Made by a program: the position numbers and the translations under genes
Assembly: GCA_038230375.1 (NCBI GenBank)
Contig: JBBRNJ010000068.1
Location: forward strand, 1-46,773
DNA length: 46,773 nucleotides
Direction of reading: 5' to 3'
Origin: Polyangiales bacterium
GTDB lineage: Bacteria > Myxococcota_A > Polyangia > Polyangiales > Polyangiaceae
Notes under the pieces: model-generated
The model's database searches: none
Told to the model about the DNA's origin: nothing
What the model saw: only the letters and a program-made list of their open reading frames with translations
Shown here: one piece after another, positions 29,505 through 39,531 of the stretch
How the letters are laid out: each line of letters starts with the position of its first letter
How positions within the stretch are numbered: the stretch's first letter is position 1

Positions 29505-30884
29505 ATGGCCCGCTTCGAATTCAAGCTACCTGACATCGGCGAAGGCGTGACGGAAGGCGAGATCACCGGCTGGCTCATCAAGCCCGGCGACATGATCAAG
29601 GAAGACCAGCCGATGGTCGAGGTCATGACCGACAAGGCGACCGTCACCATCACGTCGCCACGCGCGGGAAAGATCATGGAGACGCGCGGCAAGGTCGGCA
29701 CGATCGCGCAGGTGCACGATGTGCTCGTGGTCTTCGAGGTCGACGGCGATGGACAGGCTGCAAGCCCGAACGGGACGAGTGGAGCCAACGGAAACGGTTC
29801 ACACGCGAAGAAGGATGATGGTCCTGCGGCTACGGCCGTTGGCGACATCAAGGAGTCTCTGCCCGGAATGGGCGGTGCCGCTCCGCGTGCGAGCTCGGGC
29901 GGCGTTGCCGGCACCAGCGCCGCTGGGCTCGCGTTCTACAGCGAGAAGCCGCTGGCGACACCGGCCACGCGCAAGCTTGCGCGCGACATGAACATCGATC
30001 TGCGGCGTGTTCCGCCGACGGGGCCGCAGGGTCGCGTCACCAAGACCGACGTCGAGAGCTTCGTTTCGGGCGGCGGCAAGACGCGCATCACCGACGACGT
30101 GGCAGCGCCCGCAGCAGCGCGGAGCTCGAAGGATCATCCGGTCGTGAAGATCATCCCGCCGGCGCAGGTGCCGGGGCAGGGCCCGCTCGAGGAGCGCGTG
30201 CCGTTCGCGGGGATGCGCCGCAAGATCGCGCAGAAGATGGCGCAGAGCGTGCACACCGCGGCGCACTTCACGTTCGTGGAGGAGTGCGAGGCAACCGCCC
30301 TCTCGGAGCTCCGCAAGCGGCTGAAGCCGTTCGCCGAGAAGGAGGGCGTGAAGCTCTCGTTCCTGCCGTTCATCGTGAAGGCGGTCGTGGCGGCGCTGAA
30401 GAAGCACCCGATCCTGAACTCGGCGCTCGACGAGTCGACCGAGGAGCTCGTCTACCGGAAGTACTACAACATTGGTATCGCGACCTCGACGGATGCCGGA
30501 CTCATCGTGCCCGTCGTGAAGCACGCCGACCGTCTCAGCATCCTCGAGATCGCGCGCGAGATCGAACGCGTGGCCACGGATGCAAAGAACGGCAAGGCGA
30601 AGGCGGAGGACCTCTCGGGCTCCACCTTCACGATCACGTCGCTCGGCGCGCAGGGCGGGCTCTTCGCGACGCCGATCCTGAACTTCCCCGAGGTCGGGAT
30701 CCTGGGCGTGCACCAGATGAAGGAGAAGCCGGTCGTGAAGGGCGGGCAGATCGTCATCGGCAACGTCATGCTCCTGTCGCTGTCGTTCGATCACCGCATC
30801 GTTGACGGGCACGTGGGCGCGGCGTTCGCATACGACGTCATCGGATTCCTGCAGGAGCCCGAGCGCCTTCTACTGACGGTCTGA
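29505..30884 (+). CDS. Dihydrolipoamide acyltransferase E2
   Basis: Lipoyl domain LPDIGEG...VMTDKA, binding domain ATPATRKLAR...GRVTK.D, and catalytic motif FDHRIVDG. Confidence 0.95.
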   Translation: MARFEFKLPDIGEGVTEGEITGWLIKPGDMIKEDQPMVEVMTDKATVTITSPRAGKIMETRGKVGTIAQVHDVLVVFEVDGDGQAASPNGTSGANGNGSHAKKDDGPAATAVGDIKESLPGMGGAAPRASSGGVAGTSAAGLAFYSEKPLATPATRKLARDMNIDLRRVPPTGPQGRVTKTDVESFVSGGGKTRITDDVAAPAAARSSKDHPVVKIIPPAQVPGQGPLEERVPFAGMRRKIAQKMAQSVHTAAHFTFVEECEATALSELRKRLKPFAEKEGVKLSFLPFIVKAVVAALKKHPILNSALDESTEELVYRKYYNIGIATSTDAGLIVPVVKHADRLSILEIAREIERVATDAKNGKAKAEDLSGSTFTITSLGAQGGLFATPILNFPEVGILGVHQMKEKPVVKGGQIVIGNVMLLSLSFDHRIVDGHVGAAFAYDVIGFLQEPERLLLTV

Positions 30885-30889
30885 GAAAG

Positions 30890-32086
30890 CTACGGGCAGC
30901 TGTCGGAATAGCCGGCACCGCAGCGCTCGGCGGGCGGTGGCGGCTGGAAGACGGGCCCGAGATGCGCCTGCACCGCGCTGAACGAGACCGTGAGGGAGAG
31001 CGCGTTGCACTGGGCTCCCGTGTTGTCCTTCGCCTGCGCGGACATGACGTCGCGCTTTTCGCACCCCATCTGCTTCACGTTGCCGTACGTGGTGGATGCG
31101 CCGCAGAGCCCTTGCGTTCCGTCCAGGGGGTCGGGGACGCTCTGGAGCGCCCCGAGAAAGTCTGGCAGCGCCCAGCGGCCTGCAAACTGCCCCTCGTCGA
31201 CGCGGTAGCTCTTGCCGTCGAAGATGAGCGGGGCAACGAGCACGACGTCAGACAGGGCGACGCGCAGCCTTGTGTTCACGTCGCCGGCCGTGACGGTAAG
31301 GCTGATGTGCGCGACCAGGGTGCCATTGGAGACGTACGCCTTCGTGTCGTAGACCAGTGGCAGGCAGATCGTGTCGTTGCCTTCGCAACCTGCGCCGGCA
31401 TCGACCCCGATGCCTCCGACGAGCGAGGCGGGGTTCACTGTCCACACGTCCGTGCCGTCGTACTTCGGGCTCGCGGCCATCTTGGTCTCGACGCCGACGG
31501 TGCCGGGAGACTCGTAAGCGATCAGCGTTACCTGTGTGTCGTTGTTGCTGCCGTTGTAGTTGCGCACGCGAAAGAGAGTCCCGTTGTAACCAAGGCGCAG
31601 TCCGGTGTTGAGCGAGTCGTCGTTGAACTGCGAGGGCGCGAGGGTCGCGAACGTGGACCACAGATCGCCGGTTGCATCGTCGCCACCGCCGTCCACGTCG
31701 CAGTCTGGCTTCGCGGCGGGAGACGTACACGACGCCGCGCCCGGGCAGGTGCACCGCTGATCGATGTCGATGGGGACCGGTGCGCGCGGATGGTTCACGC
31801 TCGCGGTGCCGTCGGGGACCAGGCGGAATGCCGACATCGCAAAGAGCACGTCGACGTTGCCGCTTCCATCATTCGCGGCGGGCGGCGACGGGGGCGCAAA
31901 GAGCTGACAGCCAGCTTCGGGGGTTCCCGCCTCAATCGCACCGTCCGTCGTGCCGCCGTCAGTCGTGCCGCCATCGTCACCTTCGGTGGGCAGGGCAAGC
32001 AGCAGTGACTTGTCGTAGATCGTGCACGCTGACCACGCAGAGGCCGTGGCGAGCGTCAGGATCACGACGACGTGCTTGCGTGACAT
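30890..32086 (-). CDS. Hypothetical Cys-rich lipoprotein, paralog A
   Basis: From the ATG at 32086: MSRKHVVVILTLATASAWSA-C lipobox. Shares long blocks with the adjacent paralog. Confidence 0.75.
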   Translation of the reverse strand: MSRKHVVVILTLATASAWSACTIYDKSLLLALPTEGDDGGTTDGGTTDGAIEAGTPEAGCQLFAPPSPPAANDGSGNVDVLFAMSAFRLVPDGTASVNHPRAPVPIDIDQRCTCPGAASCTSPAAKPDCDVDGGGDDATGDLWSTFATLAPSQFNDDSLNTGLRLGYNGTLFRVRNYNGSNNDTQVTLIAYESPGTVGVETKMAASPKYDGTDVWTVNPASLVGGIGVDAGAGCEGNDTICLPLVYDTKAYVSNGTLVAHISLTVTAGDVNTRLRVALSDVVLVAPLIFDGKSYRVDEGQFAGRWALPDFLGALQSVPDPLDGTQGLCGASTTYGNVKQMGCEKRDVMSAQAKDNTGAQCNALSLTVSFSAVQAHLGPVFQPPPPAERCGAGYSDSCP

Positions 32087-32105
32087 GCCGCCCAGCGTAC
32101 CAAAG

Positions 32106-33311
32106 TCAGAGGCAGTCGTCCTTCCACCCAGCGTCGCACTCGTCGGACCCCGCGGGCTTCGAGAACAACGGGCCAAGGTGACCCTTGGATGCGCTGAACG
32201 ACACTGCGATCGAGAGCGCGTCGCAACCCTTCCCGGTGTTGTCGTCGAGCGGGTGCGTCATGATGTCTGTCGCATTGCACACGCGTGACTTGATGTTCTG
32301 GTACAGCACGGCGTCGTTGCAGAGTGCACTGGCTTTTCCGATGGGGTCCGTGGCCATCCCGAGCGCGGTGAGCAACCCTCCTGAATTGAAGCGACCGGCG
32401 ATCTGGCCGTCGTCGATGCGATAGGTCGCTCCGTCGGGCACGAGCTTGGCGAAGAGCGTGGCCGCGGAGATGGCGAGCACCAGCTGGTTGCCAGCGGAGC
32501 CCACCGTGATGGGGAAGTCCACGTGCGCTACGAGCACGCCGTTGCTCACGTAGGCCTGCGTATCGGCATAGAGCGGGACGCATGCGTTGTCGTTGCCTTC
32601 GCACGACGGGCCCGCGTCCACGTTGGTGCCGCCGAGCAGTGACGACGGGTCGACGGTCCACACGTCGGTGCCGTCGTACTGTGGCGGCGCAGCAGCCCCA
32701 TCGGTGCCAGCGTCGCCGGGGTCGGGTCGGGAGAGGCCTCGCGACGTGTAGACGATGAAGGTGATTTGCTTGTCGTTCTGCCCGCCGTTGTAGCTCTTGA
32801 TGCGGAAGAGCACCGTGGAGGCGCCGCCGCGCAGGTTGGCGTTCAACTGGTCGTCGTTGAAGGAGGCGGAGAGCGCGGCGAACCCGGTGAACAGCTCGCC
32901 GGTGCTGTCGTCAGTGCCGCCTTCACCATCACACTGCGTGATGGCCGCTCGCGGCTTGCACGTCTCCTGGCTGGGGCAGGTGCAGGTGTTGTCCAGATCG
33001 AGGCCCGTCGGCGGTGCCGGATGTGGAAGGGAGATCACGCCAGATGGCAGCACGCGAATGAAGCTGGCGGCGAGCACCACGTCGATGTTGGCGGCCCCGT
33101 CCTCGGTGGAGGGAGGCCCCGGGATGCGGACGTGGGCGCACGGGTCCACTCCTCCATCCGCCGCAGCGTCGGTGCTCGGCGAGCTCGCGTCTCCCGCGCC
33201 AGCCTCCTGGGGTGCCGGCTGGAGCAGGCTCGCGTCATAGATGGAGCACCGCACGAGGAGCACACCGGCGCAGAAGGCTGGAATAGCCAGAGGGAGGAGA
33301 CGTCGACGCAC
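32106..33311 (-). CDS. Hypothetical Cys-rich lipoprotein, paralog B
   Basis: MRRRLLPLAIPAFCAGVLLVR-CSIYD with an atypical lipobox; the Cys aligns with paralog A's CTIYD. Shared blocks include CTCP, FNDD.LN and YDGTDVWTV. Confidence 0.75.
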   Translation of the reverse strand: MRRRLLPLAIPAFCAGVLLVRCSIYDASLLQPAPQEAGAGDASSPSTDAAADGGVDPCAHVRIPGPPSTEDGAANIDVVLAASFIRVLPSGVISLPHPAPPTGLDLDNTCTCPSQETCKPRAAITQCDGEGGTDDSTGELFTGFAALSASFNDDQLNANLRGGASTVLFRIKSYNGGQNDKQITFIVYTSRGLSRPDPGDAGTDGAAAPPQYDGTDVWTVDPSSLLGGTNVDAGPSCEGNDNACVPLYADTQAYVSNGVLVAHVDFPITVGSAGNQLVLAISAATLFAKLVPDGATYRIDDGQIAGRFNSGGLLTALGMATDPIGKASALCNDAVLYQNIKSRVCNATDIMTHPLDDNTGKGCDALSIAVSFSASKGHLGPLFSKPAGSDECDAGWKDDCL

Positions 33312-33394
33312 CCAGGAAGCTTAGCTGGTTTCGTTGCGGTTGACGCACCGGTGCGAACACCGTCAGGGACAGTGCCCTTCCAGTTACCGCGCTG

Positions 33395-33424
33395 CGCGTC
33401 ACCCGTGTCGACGCGGTTGACGCG
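33395..33424. promoter_or_regulatory. 30-bp imperfect palindrome in a divergent intergenic region
   Basis: CGCGTCACCCGTGT-CG-ACGCGGTTGACGCG with 12/14 arm match. The 11-mer GCGGTTGACGC is repeated at 33336-33346. Confidence 0.45.
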
Positions 33425-33436
33425 TGAGCAGGCATC

Positions 33437-34540
33437 GTGAACCATGATGCCATGACGCCGTCCTGCTCCCGAGCGCGCGATATCCGGCACCCGCGACGCA
33501 CGGCGCGCGTTCGCTGGCGTGCCGCATCACAGGTTGCTGTGGTTCTTGGGTGCCTCGCAGCTCTCTGCCCAGGCGTTGCTCGCGCTGATGACAAGCCTCC
33601 GAGCGCGGAGCGATTGAAGTCCGCTGCGGAGGAATACGACAAGGGCCGTCGCGCATACCTCGCGAATGATTTCGAGCAAGCCGCGGTGCATTTCGAGAAC
33701 GCGTACAACGACGCGCCCCGCGCCGAGGCGCTCCGCAATGCGATTCGCGCGCGAACTCAGGCCAAGCAGCTCTCTCGTGCCGCCACGCTGTCGGCGCTCG
33801 CCGCTTCGCTCTACAGCTCCGACGCCGCAACCATGGACCTGGCGACCGCGACACTGAAGGATGCGCGTGGCAGGCTGCACGAGGTCTCCATCGCCTGCAC
33901 GCCGGAGTGCGGTGTGGCCGCGGATGGCCGCGTGGTGTCGCTCGTGGACGTGAAGGCGTTCACGCTCTTCCTCGATCCCGGACCGCACGACGTTGTCGTC
34001 AGCTGGCCGCAGGATCGTTCCCACACCTCTCACGTCGAGGCGAAGGCGCAGGGCAAGGACAACCTCGCCTTGACCGCGCCGCCAGTGCCGCCACCGCCGC
34101 CGCCGAACACCAACCCCGCTACCAACCCCGGCACCACCGGCCCGACCCAACCACCACCGCCGCCGCCGCCAGAGCCGCAGAAACCCCTTGGCCGCGTCCC
34201 GTTCTTCATCGGTGCGGGGCTCACCGCGGTGGGGATCGGCGCGACGATCTTCTCTGGTATCGACGCGCAGAACAATCCGGGCGTGAACGCCGTCAAGCGC
34301 GATTGTGTGGGGCTAGGTGAGACCTGTCCGACGTATCAGAAGGGTAGAGATGCCCAGTTTCGAACCAACGTGGTCCTTGGCGTGACCGGCGGCGTGGCGC
34401 TAGCGACCGCCGTGATAGGTGTATTCTTCACGCAATGGAGCCAGCCCGCTCAAGGGAGGGTTGGCCTGATTCCCTACGTCGTGGTGCCTGGTGGGAGCGG
34501 CGGTGCGGGTGGCGGTGCAGGCGTTTCAGGAAGCTTTTGA
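33437..34540 (+). CDS. Exported TPR + PEGA-like protein with a Pro linker and hydrophobic C-terminal domain
   Basis: Signal peptide ending VARA-DD. TPR segment YDKGRRAY...FEQAAVHFENAY, PEGA-like V.ADG.....LDPGPHDV, poly-Pro linker, two hydrophobic segments, terminal VSGSF. Start uncertain. Confidence 0.75.
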   Translation: MNHDAMTPSCSRARDIRHPRRTARVRWRAASQVAVVLGCLAALCPGVARADDKPPSAERLKSAAEEYDKGRRAYLANDFEQAAVHFENAYNDAPRAEALRNAIRARTQAKQLSRAATLSALAASLYSSDAATMDLATATLKDARGRLHEVSIACTPECGVAADGRVVSLVDVKAFTLFLDPGPHDVVVSWPQDRSHTSHVEAKAQGKDNLALTAPPVPPPPPPNTNPATNPGTTGPTQPPPPPPPEPQKPLGRVPFFIGAGLTAVGIGATIFSGIDAQNNPGVNAVKRDCVGLGETCPTYQKGRDAQFRTNVVLGVTGGVALATAVIGVFFTQWSQPAQGRVGLIPYVVVPGGSGGAGGGAGVSGSF

Positions 34541-34602
34541 TTCGAAGCTTTTGAGGCAAAGGGCTGTGCGATCGGGCATAATTGTAGTTTGGGAGGAGAT
34601 TC

Positions 34603-36336
<1,734 letters not shown>

Positions 36337-36339
36337 ACC

Positions 36340-38418
36340 ATGCCCGTCAAGAACATGCGAGCGACCCCGCGGGGCCTCGCCACCGTCCGCGCCGGATTCG
36401 CTCTGTCGTCCGTGGCGCTCGTGCTCGCTGCATGCGCCGGCGTGCGCCCGCAGACCGAGCTCGAGCCTCGCTACGTCGCCGACCCCAACACGATCGTGGC
36501 CATGGGCCTCGCCGAGACGGCCCCCATCCAGCAGGCCTCGATCGCGGAGGGCCGTGACGCGCGTCTGAAGCTCGACCTGCCTCTCGGCTGCACCACCGTC
36601 GTCGTGCTCGGCGGCGCCGGCGTGAAGGACGTGCATGCGGCGGTCGAGGACGCGCAGGGAAACCCGATCGCGAAGGACTCCGGCAACGGTCCCGAGGCCG
36701 CGGTGCGCGCTTGCGTGCCTGCGGCGGGCGCTTATGTGCTCGCAGTGACCATGAAGCGTGGCTCGGGGGACGTGGTGGCTGCGACCTGGAGCGGCGGCAC
36801 GGCGAGCTCGCCGCGCGAGCCGGTCATCGCGCTGCAGACAACGCGCGAGTCCGCGCTGCCGCAGGGCTCGTGCGAGGCGCCAACGCCGCTGTCCGCGGGC
36901 GCGACCATGGGCAACACCTCGCGCGGCGAGGCAGAGAACCAGGGCTCGTGCAGCGGCGGCAGCTCCGACTCGCGCGAGATCGTCTACCGCCTCGATCTCA
37001 CCTCGCGCGAGCGCGTGCGTCTCGAGGTCGAGCCTCGCGGCAATTTCGATCCGGTCCTCTACCTGCGTCAGGGCGAATGCGCCGACACGGACGCCGAGCT
37101 GGGATGCAACGACGATCTCAAGGGCGCCACCGCGCATGGCGGCTCGCAGCACCCCCCTTCGCGTCTCGATCAGGTGCTCGAGCCCGGGACGTACTTCGTA
37201 TTCGTGGACGGATACGGCTCCTCCGACGGCGCCTACAAGCTCACCGCCGACATCGAAGACATCCCCTCCGTCGCCGAGATCTGCGCGCGCGCCAGGCCGC
37301 TCTCCACCGTGCAGGTGACGGGTGGCACCCAAGGCTCATTCGACCATGCGCGAGCCGGGTGCGGCGACGAGGCAAAGGGCGCGGACTCCGTCTACAAGCT
37401 CGACGTCTCGCAGCGGCAGCGCGTTCGCATCACCGAACACTCCGACGACTTCGCCCCCGTCGTTCACCTTCGCTCCGCGTGCGCGGACGACCACACGGAG
37501 GTGGGCTGCAACGACAGCTCCGTGGAGCCGCAAGAGGCCGCGTTCACCGGTGTGCTCGATCCGGGCACGTTCGCCGTGTTCGCGGACAGCTCCGACGCAG
37601 AGGCGGACGGGCACTTCACGCTGGACCTGGAGACGTCACCCGAGGCCGGCAGCGGCACGCAAGGCGACACGTGCGGTGACGCCGCGCCGCTTCCTCTCAC
37701 GCCGCGCACGATCGATGGCGACACGTTCGCCGCCAAGGACGACATCTCGGGGCGCTGCTCCGCGCAGGGCGCCCCCGACGTGGTCTATCGCGTCGAGCTG
37801 CCGCGGCGACTCCGCGTCACCGCGTCGTTCTCCGCTCAAGAGGGTGACCACGTGATGTCGCTGCAGCGGTCGTGCGGTGACAAGTCCACGGAGATCGCCT
37901 GCGCGACGGACATCGACGAGGTGCTTCCCGCAGGCACCTACTTCCTCTCGGTCGACGGCAAGACAGCGCACGACTTCGGCAAGTTCAAGCTCGATTGGAA
38001 GGTCACGGACACCGCACTGCAAGAGAGCGCTTGCGCGCATCCGCAGACGATCGCGCCCGGCCAGACCATCTCCGGGAACACGAAGAACGCGTCGAACAAG
38101 TTCACCACGTCCTGCGGTGGTCGCCCGGACCAGCAGTCCAGCCCCGACACCGTCTATCGCCTCAACGTACCAAGCCGGCAGCACGCGCGCATCGAGCTCG
38201 CCGCCGCACAGCACGACGGGGTCATCTCGATTCGCAAGGCGTGCGTCGACGCGCCCCGCGGCCAGAACACGGACCTCCAGTGCAACATGCGCCCGGACGA
38301 CGCGCACCACATCCGGCTCGATCTCATGCTGGAGCCCGGCGCGTACTACGTGATCGTCGATGGGCACGGTCAGGGCCAGTCCGGCCCGTACACGCTCTCG
38401 TATCAAGTCGTGAAGTGA
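36340..38418 (+). CDS. Lipoprotein with four tandem Cys-containing PPC-like beta-sandwich repeats
   Basis: Lipobox LVLAA-C. Four repeats of C...G.T......C.....VY.L...C......C...L.PG.Y...VDG....G.Y.L. Confidence 0.75.
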   Translation: MPVKNMRATPRGLATVRAGFALSSVALVLAACAGVRPQTELEPRYVADPNTIVAMGLAETAPIQQASIAEGRDARLKLDLPLGCTTVVVLGGAGVKDVHAAVEDAQGNPIAKDSGNGPEAAVRACVPAAGAYVLAVTMKRGSGDVVAATWSGGTASSPREPVIALQTTRESALPQGSCEAPTPLSAGATMGNTSRGEAENQGSCSGGSSDSREIVYRLDLTSRERVRLEVEPRGNFDPVLYLRQGECADTDAELGCNDDLKGATAHGGSQHPPSRLDQVLEPGTYFVFVDGYGSSDGAYKLTADIEDIPSVAEICARARPLSTVQVTGGTQGSFDHARAGCGDEAKGADSVYKLDVSQRQRVRITEHSDDFAPVVHLRSACADDHTEVGCNDSSVEPQEAAFTGVLDPGTFAVFADSSDAEADGHFTLDLETSPEAGSGTQGDTCGDAAPLPLTPRTIDGDTFAAKDDISGRCSAQGAPDVVYRVELPRRLRVTASFSAQEGDHVMSLQRSCGDKSTEIACATDIDEVLPAGTYFLSVDGKTAHDFGKFKLDWKVTDTALQESACAHPQTIAPGQTISGNTKNASNKFTTSCGGRPDQQSSPDTVYRLNVPSRQHARIELAAAQHDGVISIRKACVDAPRGQNTDLQCNMRPDDAHHIRLDLMLEPGAYYVIVDGHGQGQSGPYTLSYQVVK

Positions 38419-39519
38419 ATGAAGACTGCGCGGTTGGAGCGCGTGCGCGCTGCGCTGCTCGCGTTCTATGATGCCCACAAGCGGGACCTCCCGTGGCGGT
38501 CAGGGGTCTCCGCGTACGCCACGTGGGTGAGCGAGATCATGTTGCAGCAGACGCGGGTGGAGACGGTCGTCCCGTACTTCCATGCCTTCATGCGCAAGTT
38601 CCCCACCGCGCTCACACTGGCGGACGCGAGCTCCGACGACGTGCTCGCCGCGTGGAGTGGGCTTGGCTACTACCGGCGCGCGCGGATGCTCCATGCGGGA
38701 GCCAAGGTCGTGGTACGCGACCACGGCGGCGAGGTTCCGCGCACACGCGAAGCGCTGCTCGACTTGCCAGGCGTGGGTCGCTACACGGCGGGAGCGATTG
38801 CCAGCATCGCCTTCGGTCAGGAGGCGCCGCTCGTGGATGGCAACGTCGTGCGCGTGCTCTCACGCGTGTTCGGCATCGACCGCGAGCTGTCGCCGCAAGA
38901 CGACGAGCTGTGGTCGCTTGCCCAGGCGCTCGTGCGCGGGCCGCGTCCCGGCGATCTGAACCAGGCCCTCATGGAGCTGGGAGCCACGGTGTGCACCAAG
39001 GACGTGCCAGCGTGCGAGGGTTGTGGCCTGTCGCGTTCATGTGAGGCACGGCGTCAGGGAAAGCAAGGCGTGTGGCCGCGCCTCCCGCGGAAGAAGGCGC
39101 CGCGCAAGGTAGCGATGGAGGCGCTTTTGGTGGAGCGAGACGGCGAGCTGCTCCTGTGTCGGCGCCGCGAGGAGGGGCTCTTTGGTGGCCTCTGGGAGCC
39201 GCCCATGGTCGAGCGACCCACCGGCGACCGTCGCGATGCCGCGGAGCTCTTCGCGGACGTGCTGGGTTGTCCAGTGGAGGTCGCCGCGGTCGCATCCGTC
39301 GTTCGCCACGTCCTCACGCACCGCGAGCTCACCGTGACGGTGCGGCTGGGGAGTCTCGGCCCCTCTGACGCGGTGACGTGCGCAGGACCGTATCAGGCGG
39401 CGCGCTTCGCCTCGCGCGACGCGCTGTCCACGCTCGGAGTGTCGCGGTTGTCACGCAAGCTGCTGGAGAGCGGGGCCAAAGTAGCCGAAAAGAAGCCTCG
39501 CCGCGGCAAGCTGCGATAG
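38419..39519 (+). CDS. mutY: A/G-specific adenine glycosylase
   Basis: Motifs SEIMLQQTRV, GLGYY.RAR, LPGVGRYTAGAIASIAF, VDGNV.RVLSR, NQALMELGA, Fe-S motif C-X6-C-X2-C-X5-C, and GGLWE.P. Confidence 0.96.
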   Translation: MKTARLERVRAALLAFYDAHKRDLPWRSGVSAYATWVSEIMLQQTRVETVVPYFHAFMRKFPTALTLADASSDDVLAAWSGLGYYRRARMLHAGAKVVVRDHGGEVPRTREALLDLPGVGRYTAGAIASIAFGQEAPLVDGNVVRVLSRVFGIDRELSPQDDELWSLAQALVRGPRPGDLNQALMELGATVCTKDVPACEGCGLSRSCEARRQGKQGVWPRLPRKKAPRKVAMEALLVERDGELLLCRRREEGLFGGLWEPPMVERPTGDRRDAAELFADVLGCPVEVAAVASVVRHVLTHRELTVTVRLGSLGPSDAVTCAGPYQAARFASRDALSTLGVSRLSRKLLESGAKVAEKKPRRGKLR

Positions 39520-39531
39520 AGTTTTTGCGCC

